A stretch of DNA of 64,000 nucleotides from Candidatus Eiseniibacteriota bacterium (GTDB lineage: Bacteria > Eisenbacteria > RBG-16-71-46), in contig JBGAOA010000004.1 of NCBI GenBank assembly GCA_044222065.1, positions 18,448-82,447 on the forward strand, read 5' to 3'. Shown in pieces: positions 1 to 10,745 of this stretch. The position numbers and the translations under genes were made by a program. Below the pieces are notes generated by a model. That model worked only from the letters and a program-made list of their open reading frames with translations, did not search any database and had not been told where the DNA came from. Numbering within the stretch: position 1 is the stretch's first letter; each line of letters starts with the position of its first letter.

Positions 1-3091
<3,091 letters not shown>

Positions 3092-3120
3092 CGTTCTGCT
3101 CCTTCCGGCGCTCGCGCGCC

Positions 3121-4401
3121 TCAAGCGTTCGCCGCGCTCGCGGCCGGACGCGTCGTGGATTCGAGGGCGGTGAGCGCGCGATCGAGCGCGCCCACGGCTT
3201 CGTGCAGTTCTTCGCTCGTGACGTTGAGCGGCGGCAGCAGCCGGATCGCGCGCTCGCCCCCGCGCACGAGCAGCAGGCCCTCGCGGCGCGCGGCCGCGAC
3301 GAGCGCGGGCGGATCGAAACCGGCGTCGGGCTTGAGTTCGATCGCGCGCAGCAGTCCGAGGCCGCGCGCCTCCGCGAGCGAATCCGCGTGACGGCCGACG
3401 AGCGACTGCAGCAGGCCGCCGAGTTCGAGGCCGCTCTTCCGCACGCGGGCGAGCAGCGTCTTCTTGTTGATCTGCGACAGCATCCAGAGACCGGCCGCTG
3501 CCGAGACGGGATTGCCGCCGAACGTGCAGCCGTGCATGCCGGGTCGGAGCGAGGCCGCGAGTTCGTTGCGCATCAGCACGGCGGCGAGCGGCACGCCGCC
3601 GCCGAGCGCCTTGCTGAGCACGGTCACGTCGGGCGTCACGCCGTAGTGCTCGGCGGCGAGCAGCCGGCCGCAGCGGCCCATGCCGCACTGGATCTCGTCG
3701 AACACGAGCAGGCTCCCGAGCGCCGTCGTGCGCGCGCGCAGCGCGAGCAGGAAGTCGCGCGTCGCGGGCACGGCGCCGCCTTCGCCCTGCACGGGCTCGA
3801 CGATGACCGCGCACACGCCGTCGTCGAGTACGGCGTCGAGGCCGGGCGCGTCGTTCAGGTCCGCGAAGCGGATGCCGGGGACGAGCGGCTCGAACGGCTC
3901 GCGGTAGCCCGGCGTCCACGTCGCGGACAGGGCGAAGCCGGTGCGGCCGTGGAAGCCGCCGCGGAACGCGAGGATGTCGCGGCCTTCGCGGCCGCGTGCG
4001 CGCGCGTGCGCACGCGCGAACTTGAGCGCGGCCTCGACCGCCTCGGTGCCGCTGTTGCAGAAGAACGCGCGGTCGTAGCCGGTGGCGTCGAGCAGTGCCG
4101 TGGCGTAGGCGACGCCGGGCGGGTGCGCGAACAGGTTCGAGACGTGTCCGAGCGACTTGATCTGCTTCGCGACGGCGCGCGCGAGCCCCGCCGGCGCGTG
4201 GCCGAGCGCGTTCACCGCGATGCCGCTCACGAAGTCGAGATACGTGCGTCCGTCGGCGGCCGTGACGCGCGCGCCCTTGCCGGAGACGATCTCGAGCCGC
4301 GGCAGCGGATAGAGCGGCGCGAGCCGCGCGACTTCCGCCTGAGCGAGCGCGTCGGCGGGAGGCGCCGCGGGCGCTTCGGGGGTGAGCGTCGCTTCAGACA
4401 T
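3121..4401 (-). CDS. argD: acetylornithine aminotransferase (class III PLP aminotransferase)
   Basis: 426-aa ORF with the motifs CNSGTEAVEAALKFAR, DEIQCGMGRCG and TFGGNP. The ATG at 4401 overlaps the argB stop (ATGTCTGA). Confidence 0.93.
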   Translation of the reverse strand: MSEATLTPEAPAAPPADALAQAEVARLAPLYPLPRLEIVSGKGARVTAADGRTYLDFVSGIAVNALGHAPAGLARAVAKQIKSLGHVSNLFAHPPGVAYATALLDATGYDRAFFCNSGTEAVEAALKFARAHARARGREGRDILAFRGGFHGRTGFALSATWTPGYREPFEPLVPGIRFADLNDAPGLDAVLDDGVCAVIVEPVQGEGGAVPATRDFLLALRARTTALGSLLVFDEIQCGMGRCGRLLAAEHYGVTPDVTVLSKALGGGVPLAAVLMRNELAASLRPGMHGCTFGGNPVSAAAGLWMLSQINKKTLLARVRKSGLELGGLLQSLVGRHADSLAEARGLGLLRAIELKPDAGFDPPALVAAARREGLLLVRGGERAIRLLPPLNVTSEELHEAVGALDRALTALESTTRPAASAANA

Positions 4402-5188
4402 GCACGTTCTCCTTGGAGTGAGCGGTGATGCGCGTGCCGCTCGCGCGGCCCGTGAGGAGTCCCGCGAGCGTCCCCGGTCCCTGCCAGGCGGCGACGTGAA
4501 CGCGGCCGACGCCGTGCGTGATCGCCTCGCGCGCGGCGACGAGCTTCGCGGTCATGCCGCCCGTCACGTCCGGGTGCGCGAGCGCGCGCTCGAGTGCCGA
4601 GGCATCGAGCGACGCCACGACCTCGCCGTCGAGGCGCACGCCGGGTGCGTCGGAGAGCAGCACGAGCTCCGAGGCGCCGAGCGCGATCGCGATCGCGACG
4701 GCGAAGTCGTCGGCGTTGACGTTCAGGAGCGCGCCGTCGAGCGCCGCGAGGCTCGCGAGCACCGGCGTGCGGCCGCCGGCGAGCAGCGCATCCACGAGCG
4801 TGCGGTCCACGCGCGCGACCGCGCCGACCGCGCCGAGTTCGGCGGCGCGCGGGTGCGGCACGACGTGCGCGATGCCGCCATCGAGCGCCGCGAGGCCGAC
4901 CGCGTCCACGCCGCGCGCACGAAGTGCGGCGACGAGGCGCTTGTTCGCGAGCCCCGCGAGCACGGCCGTCGCCACTTCGAGCGTCGGCGCGTCCGTGACG
5001 CGCAGGCCCTCCACGAAGCGCGGCTCGATGCCGAGGCGGCGCGACCACTCGCTCACTTCGGCGCCGCCGCCGTGCACGACGACGCGCGGCCGCGCGAGCG
5101 CCGCGAGATCGGCCGCGAGTTCCGCGGGCGCGTTCGGGCCTTCGAGCGCACGGCCGCCGAGCTTCACGACGAGCGACGCGCTCACCAT
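4394..5188 (-). CDS. argB: acetylglutamate kinase
   Basis: Internal ATG at 5188 of ORF 4394..5437. Sequence reads MVSASLVVKLGGRAL...VVVHGGG...NVNADDFAVAIA...GGMTAKL. The upstream part of the ORF is Arg-rich junk. Confidence 0.92.
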   Translation of the reverse strand: MVSASLVVKLGGRALEGPNAPAELAADLAALARPRVVVHGGGAEVSEWSRRLGIEPRFVEGLRVTDAPTLEVATAVLAGLANKRLVAALRARGVDAVGLAALDGGIAHVVPHPRAAELGAVGAVARVDRTLVDALLAGGRTPVLASLAALDGALLNVNADDFAVAIAIALGASELVLLSDAPGVRLDGEVVASLDASALERALAHPDVTGGMTAKLVAAREAITHGVGRVHVAAWQGPGTLAGLLTGRASGTRITAHSKENVHV

Positions 5189-6254
5189 GGGCTCCCGTGC
5201 GCGCTGAGCGCCGTCGTCTCGGGCCAGCCGAGCGCGAGATTCAGGTTCTGGAGCGCCTGGCCGGCGGCGCCCTTCACGAGGTTGTCGATCGCCGCGGTGA
5301 CGAGCAGGTGCGTGCCGTCGTGCACGGTCGTCACGCCGAGGTCGCAACGGTTGGACGCCCGCACGGCGCGCGTCTCGGGCCACGCGTCGGCCTCGAGCAC
5401 CCGCACGAACGGCTCGCCGGCGTAGCGCTCCGACCACCGGGCGCGCGCGGCTTCGGGAGCGAGCGGGTTCGCGAGCGGCGCGGACGCCGTCAGCAGGATG
5501 CCGCGGCTCATCGGCACGAGCTGGGGCGCAAACGCGACCGGGCTCTTCGCCGCGCCCAGGCGCGCGAGGTTGCGCTGCATCTCGCCCGCGTGCGCGTGCA
5601 CGGTGCCGACCTTGTAGAACGACGCGCCGCCGTCGAGTTCGGCGAACGAGGTGCGGAGCTGCGGCGCGCGCCCGGCGCCCGAGACGCCGAGATCGCGCTC
5701 ACCGTGACGGGCCCCGCGAGCAGGCCGGCTTCGGCGGCGGGCGCGAGCGCGAGCGTCGCGGCGGTCGGGTAGCAGCCGGGGTTCGCGAGCTTCGTCGCTT
5801 CGGCGATGCCGTCGCGCGACACCTCGGGCAGGCCGTACACCCAGCCGTCCGCGCCGTCGCGATGATCGGACGACAGGTCGAGGAGCCGCGCGGCGCCGAG
5901 CAGCGCGGGCGTGGTCGCGAGCAGCGCCTTCCACGCGCCGTGCGGCAGGCAGGCGACGATCGTGTCGCACGCGCCCGAGGCGACGAGTGCCGCGAGCGCG
6001 TCGGGCGCGACGACGTTCGGGAGTGCCAGGCCGCGGCCGTCGATCCCGTGCAGCAGCTCGACGCCCGGCCGCCCCGCGTGCTCGCGCGACACGAGTGCGG
6101 CGATCTCGAGGCCGGGATGCGCGAGCGCGAGGCGCGCGAACTCCTGCCCCGAGTAACCGCTCGCGCCGAGCACGGCGACTCGCGCGGTCCGCGGCGGTGA
6201 AAGCGGTTTCACGCCCGCCGCGCCGGACGCGGCGGTGAACGACGGCGCCGTCAC
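5182..6254 (-). pseudogene. argC: N-acetyl-gamma-glutamyl-phosphate reductase with its reading frame broken near 5683-5690 (pseudogene or assembly error)
   Basis: The N-terminal part (VAVLGASGYSGQEF...ANPGCYPTA...PVTVSAIS) lies in ORF 5508..6254. The C-terminal part (GVSGAGRAPQ...HAHAGEM...DNLVKGAAGQALQN) lies in ORF 5182..5970, a different frame. The junction tcggcgtc looks like a missing G. Confidence 0.85.
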
Positions 6255-6724
6255 TTCGCGGACCCGCTCGTTCGGCCGGCCAGCGAGTCGAGCTGGCGCT
6301 TGAAGCGGCGCGCGGCCGCGTTGTCCTCGAGCACGACGAGGATCGTGTCGTCGCCCGCGACCGAGCCGACGCAGCCTTCGAAGCGCTGCAGGTCGATCGC
6401 GCGCGCGACGCCGTTCGCGTGGCCCGGCGGCGTGATGACGATCGCGAGGTTCTGCGCGACCCGCACTTCGTTCACGAACGCGCGCAGGTCGAGCGCCTGC
6501 CGCTGGCGGTCGAGCGCCTCGAGCGGCGGGCCCGGCAGCTCGTACACCGGCCGGCCGTCGGAATCCGGGCGGCGGATCACGCCGAGGCTCCGGAGATCGC
6601 GCGACAGCGTCGCCTGCGTGACCTCGTGTCCTTCACGGCCGAGCGCCCGCGCCAGCTCGTCCTGACTCGAGAACGGGCGTGCGCCGAGCAGCCGGGCGAG
6701 CGAAGCGAGCCTGCGGGAACGCAA
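6251..6724 (-). CDS. argR: arginine repressor
   Basis: 157-aa ORF with an N-terminal wHTH (SQDELARALGREGHEVTQATLSRDLRSLGV) and a C-terminal oligomerisation domain (GTIAGDDT-like SVAGDDTILVV). TTG start at 6724 with GGAGG upstream. GTGA overlap with argC. Confidence 0.9.
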   Translation of the reverse strand: MRSRRLASLARLLGARPFSSQDELARALGREGHEVTQATLSRDLRSLGVIRRPDSDGRPVYELPGPPLEALDRQRQALDLRAFVNEVRVAQNLAIVITPPGHANGVARAIDLQRFEGCVGSVAGDDTILVVLEDNAAARRFKRQLDSLAGRTSGSAK

Positions 6725-6765
6725 CCGAGTGGCCTCCGGAGCGCGCCGGCCGGGGGCCGGAGCGC

Positions 6766-6804
6766 AGTGAATAGTTATTCAGCGGAGCGAATAGAAATAC
6801 ACGC
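6766..6804 (-). promoter_or_regulatory. paired ARG boxes (ArgR operator) upstream of argR
   Basis: agTGAATAGTTATTCAgc (6766-6783) is a near-perfect palindrome matching the ARG-box core TGAAT-N4-ATTCA. A second, degenerate box gcGAATAGAAATACAcgc (6787-6804) follows after 3 bp, which is the classic 18+3+18 layout. This is the only AT-rich patch in the gap. Confidence 0.8.
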
Positions 6805-7027
6805 GCGGGCGCGCGTCAAGAGGAATTCGCGGCACGGCCGGGCGGCGGATGCCGCGGCGCCCGGCCGGCCGGGGGGACGACAACGCTGCTTCCCGGTGGA
6901 CGGACGCTCCAGCGCCGAACGCGGGAGCGGCGTGGCGTGCGGCTTGAGCGCGGGAGCGGGGTGGCGTGCTGCTCGTGCGCGGGAGCCGGGCGCCGCGCGA
7001 CTCGAACGCGCGGGGGGAGGCGCGGCG

Positions 7028-7687
7028 TCAGCGCTTCGCGAGCGCGCGCACGCGGGCGAGGTCGAGCGTTCCCTTCGCGCCCCAGCCGCCGGCGCCGGCC
7101 GCGACCGCGGGGCGGAACGCCTCGTAGAGGGCGAACGCGCGCGCGGCGAGTTCCGCGGGCGGGAGCGCCTTCGCGAGCGCCGTCATCGCGGCGCGCGCTT
7201 CGGCGAGCGCGGCGCCGAACTTGGATTCGAGGTAGCGCTCGACCGCGGCCGGGTCGTCGGGCTTGCCGCCGGGCGAGGCGCGGAGCCCATCCTTCGTGCG
7301 CACGACGGGGACGCGGCGGCCGAGCAGCTCGATCTCGTCCGGCGCCGCGGCCTTTCGCCGCTCGGGGTGCCCGGCCTTCGCCGGCTCCTTCGAGGCGAAG
7401 ATCCCGAGGCGGCGTCCCTTGCTCTGCGCGTTGAGCCCCGCGACCGCGCGCCCGAGCGTGAGCGCCGCGGCGCGGTCGTGCCCGAGGCGCTCGGCGACGA
7501 TCGCGGCCCACAGCGTGAGCACTGGCGCGCGGTTGATCGCGATCGCGTCGCCGCCCGCCGGAGTCGCGGGCGCGGTCGCCGCGCGCGACGGCGCCCGCGC
7601 CGCGCGCTTCGCCACGGTCTGCTTCGCCGCAGTCTTCTTCTTCGCCGCCGTCGACTTCGCCGCCGTGCGCTTCCTCGCCGCCGTCAT
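7028..7687 (-). CDS. hypothetical protein with a Lys/Ala-rich histone-H1-like N-terminal tail
   Basis: ATG at 7687 inside ORF 7028..7765. Sequence reads MTAARKRTAAKSTAAKKKTAAKQTVAKR..., followed by a globular ~150-aa region. GC3 is high. I do not recognise the family. Confidence 0.7.
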   Translation of the reverse strand: MTAARKRTAAKSTAAKKKTAAKQTVAKRAARAPSRAATAPATPAGGDAIAINRAPVLTLWAAIVAERLGHDRAAALTLGRAVAGLNAQSKGRRLGIFASKEPAKAGHPERRKAAAPDEIELLGRRVPVVRTKDGLRASPGGKPDDPAAVERYLESKFGAALAEARAAMTALAKALPPAELAARAFALYEAFRPAVAAGAGGWGAKGTLDLARVRALAKR

Positions 7688-7720
7688 GCGCCGATCCTCG
7701 GCGCGCGCCGCGGGCACGTC

Positions 7721-7758
7721 CAGAAAAACTTCGAGGGCCGGCGTCGCCGCCGGCCCTC
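7721..7758 (-). terminator. intrinsic terminator after the 888-aa BNR gene
   Basis: On the minus strand: gagggccggcg-gcga-cgccggccctc (11-bp perfect stem, 4-nt loop, 7733-7758), followed by GAAGTTTTTCTG. Confidence 0.75.
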
Positions 7759-7781
7759 GTCCCACCTCGAATCGGTGCGGA

Positions 7782-10448
7782 CTACTTCATCCACACCAGC
7801 CGGTGGACCGCCGAGCGGCCCTCCGACTCGAGCTTGTAGAAGTACGTGCCGGCCGCGACCGCGTGGCCGCGATCGTCGCGTCCGTTCCAGCTGAAGTTGT
7901 GCGTGCCGGCGCCGAAGTCGCCGCTCGCGAGCGTGCGCACGAGTTCGCCCTGCAGGCCGTAGATCTTGAGCGTGGCCTTGCCGGCGCGCGGCAGCGAGAA
8001 GGCGAGCTTCGTCGTGCCGAAGGCCGGGTTCGGGCTCGCCGGCAGGAGCGCGAACGACAGCGCGCCGCCGTTCTCGACGCCCACGAGCGTGTTGACCGTG
8101 ACGTTGAAGCAGCACGACTGCGTGAGCAGGCCGAGCGTGTTCTTCACGTACGTGCAGATCGTCACCGTGCCGGCCGCCGCCGTGTCGGGCACCGCGACCG
8201 CGTACGCGTTCCCGAACGTGCTCTGCGACGGCACGTTGTTGTAGTTCGTGCGCGCAGGCATCGGCCAGGCGCGGCTGCACGTCAGGCTGTCGTAGAACGA
8301 GCCCGAGAAGATCGGGTTCTGGTTCGTGCCGGTGAAGTTCACGTTCACCGTCGCGCCGCCGCCCGGCGTCACCGTCGTGTCGTCGGCGCAGCCCGCCAGC
8401 GTGTGCCACGTGTCGAGGCGCGCCACGTATACGTCGGGCGTGCCGCCGCGCGCGTCGGCCCACGTCGGCCGCACGTAGCGCTCGTCGGACGTCGCGTGCA
8501 GGTAGTCGCCCTGGTTCGGAAGCAGGTTCGAGAGCGCCGCCGTCCAGTTCGACTGCACTTCGGTGAAGCGCTGGTTGCCGACCCACGCCACGCCGCCGTT
8601 CGGCGAGCGCGTGCCGTACTGGTGCGAGCGTCCGCCGCAGACGTGGTCGCGCCAGTCCATCCAGTGCACGTAGGGGTAGCCGTCGGGGCCGACCGCGACC
8701 TCGGGCAGCCAGTTGTCGTAGTACGGGCCGTCGTCGTTCACGCGCACCGGCGTGCTCCACGTCGTGCCGTTGTCGGACCACGCCACCATGACGTCGCGCT
8801 GGTCGCGGCCGGGCTCGGCGCCGGTCGCGAACGCGCTCGTGCGCACGCGGTAGTTGCCCGACGTGCCGCCCGTCACCCACGCCATGCGCACGTAGAACGT
8901 GTCCGTCGCGGGCGCCGTCCACACGTACAGCGACTGCGTGTTCGAGGGTCCGAATGGCGAGCCCGCGTACGCGAGGTTCGTCGTCGTGTCCGCGCCGCAC
9001 TGGATGCGCATCGTGTACCAGGGGCGAATGATCGTGGAGTCGCACCAGAAGAAGTAGTTCTGGCCCTGCACCGCGCCGAACTTGAAGTAGTCCACGTCGT
9101 TCGACGACAGCGTGCCGCGCAGCGTGGTTCCGATCGTGAACAGGTTCGCGCGACGGTAGAAGTTGTCGTTCTCGACCGAGACCTTCGAGCCCGTCGAGAC
9201 GATCGGGTCGTCGTAGTAGTTGAACGACTCGTTGTAGGTCACGTACACGCGGCCGCGATACGGGCCGTTCGTGCGGTCCACCGCGATGGACGGGAACTGG
9301 ATGCCGCGTTCGCGGTTGAAGCCCGGGGCGCCGCCGCCGTAGTTCGTGAAGAAGCTCGCGGCCTGCACCGGCGCGCCGAACGACACGCCCTGGTTCGTGG
9401 ACTTCGCGACGCGCACGAAGTCGGCGTCGATGCTGCCGATCTCGTAGAACGCGACGTACACCTCGCCGTTCGCGCCGACGATCGGACGCGAACCCTGCAC
9501 GAGTCCGGCCGAGGCCGCCGAGTTGAGGATCGTCGAGCCGCTCCACGTCGTGTTGTCGTCGGTCGAGCGATGGAAGCAGATCGAGTCGTCGGCCGCCGTG
9601 AACAGCGTGTAGCTCACGTACAGGTTGCCCGTGACGGGATCCACGGCGCCCCACTCCTTGTCCACCGCGCGCGTCGTGCCGTTCGTCTCGCGCACCTTGC
9701 GCGGCGTGCCCCACGTGAAGCTCGGGCCGGAGAACGTGCCGCCCACGACGCCGACGCCGTTGACGAGCTGACCGACCGGGTCCCAGTAGAGGCTGATGAA
9801 GTAGAACTTGCCGTTCGTCGGGTTCACGATCACGACGGGGTCGCTGATCCACTCCATGCCGGCCGGAGCGGGCACGCCGCCGCCATCGGTGAACGAGAGT
9901 CCGCCGTCGGTCGAGTAGCCCCAGCCCTGCGCCTCGGCGCCGCCGTCGTTCCATGCCACGAGCACGTTGTTGCCGAGCGAGGCGATCGCCTCTTCGCTCT
10001 GGCACGCGCCGACCGGGTCTCCGGCGGTGTTGTTCGCGCGCACGTTCGCGGGAATGGTCATCGTCTCGAACGGGTTCGCGGCGAGTTCGGCGGCGATGCG
10101 CTGCAGGCGCTCGGCGTTCGACGGCAGCAGGCCGGCCTCGCGGGTCACGGGCTCGAGCGGCTTCGCGCGATTCGCGCCCTTCTTCTTCAGCGCGCGCGCC
10201 ATCTCGCGCATCTTCTCGCGGCGCTCGCGCAGCTCCTTCGGCCGTTCGCGCAGTTCGGCGCGGAAGCTCTCGCGCATTTTCGAGATCTGGAGCGCCTTCA
10301 GCGCGGCGCGCGTGGCGGCGGCGTCGGAGATGACCTCGGACTGGACGGCGCCGTTCTGCGCCGCCGCGAGTCCGGGCAGCGCGAGCGCCGCGGCGAACGC
10401 GGCCGCGAGCAGTGTGGAAGGTCGGAGACGGAACGAGCGAAGGTGCAT
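7782..10448 (-). CDS. secreted BNR/Asp-box beta-propeller (sialidase-fold) protein with an inserted PPC-like domain and a FlgD-Ig/T9SS-type C-terminal domain
   Basis: Signal peptide MHLRSFRLRPSTLLAAAFAAALALPGLAAA. Asp-boxes STDDNTTW, SDNGTTW and SPNGGVAW. PPC-like DVDYFKF...GNYRVRT. C-terminal PNPAFG...YGLQGELV...AGTYFYKL. Confidence 0.85.
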   Translation of the reverse strand: MHLRSFRLRPSTLLAAAFAAALALPGLAAAQNGAVQSEVISDAAATRAALKALQISKMRESFRAELRERPKELRERREKMREMARALKKKGANRAKPLEPVTREAGLLPSNAERLQRIAAELAANPFETMTIPANVRANNTAGDPVGACQSEEAIASLGNNVLVAWNDGGAEAQGWGYSTDGGLSFTDGGGVPAPAGMEWISDPVVIVNPTNGKFYFISLYWDPVGQLVNGVGVVGGTFSGPSFTWGTPRKVRETNGTTRAVDKEWGAVDPVTGNLYVSYTLFTAADDSICFHRSTDDNTTWSGSTILNSAASAGLVQGSRPIVGANGEVYVAFYEIGSIDADFVRVAKSTNQGVSFGAPVQAASFFTNYGGGAPGFNRERGIQFPSIAVDRTNGPYRGRVYVTYNESFNYYDDPIVSTGSKVSVENDNFYRRANLFTIGTTLRGTLSSNDVDYFKFGAVQGQNYFFWCDSTIIRPWYTMRIQCGADTTTNLAYAGSPFGPSNTQSLYVWTAPATDTFYVRMAWVTGGTSGNYRVRTSAFATGAEPGRDQRDVMVAWSDNGTTWSTPVRVNDDGPYYDNWLPEVAVGPDGYPYVHWMDWRDHVCGGRSHQYGTRSPNGGVAWVGNQRFTEVQSNWTAALSNLLPNQGDYLHATSDERYVRPTWADARGGTPDVYVARLDTWHTLAGCADDTTVTPGGGATVNVNFTGTNQNPIFSGSFYDSLTCSRAWPMPARTNYNNVPSQSTFGNAYAVAVPDTAAAGTVTICTYVKNTLGLLTQSCCFNVTVNTLVGVENGGALSFALLPASPNPAFGTTKLAFSLPRAGKATLKIYGLQGELVRTLASGDFGAGTHNFSWNGRDDRGHAVAAGTYFYKLESEGRSAVHRLVWMK

Positions 10449-10691
10449 TTCTCCTCCGGGGGTGGGATCGGTGCGGGCGCGAGGGTAAACGTGTTCGAGA
10501 GTGGCAATCCCGGGGCCAGCCCGCGCCGGTCGAGGGAGCTGCGAATACCGCGTTTTCTGCGGCCTTTCGAGCCCCGTGGGTTCGACGGGTACGACGACGC
10601 TACTCGACGGGGACTGTCGGACTGCGGCTTTCGACCCAGCGGAAGGGCCTGAGCGCGCGGGGAATTCTACGACAAGGCCGCCCGGGACGCC

Positions 10692-10728
10692 GAAAGGAAA
10701 TCGGGCGGCCGCGGCGTGCGACCGCCCG
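10692..10728 (-). terminator. intrinsic terminator after the 862-aa BNR gene
   Basis: On the minus strand: cgggcggtcgc-acgcc-gcggccgcccg (11-bp stem with 1 mismatch), followed by ATTTCCTTTC. Confidence 0.6.
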
Positions 10729-10745
10729 AATCCGGAACTCCCGGG

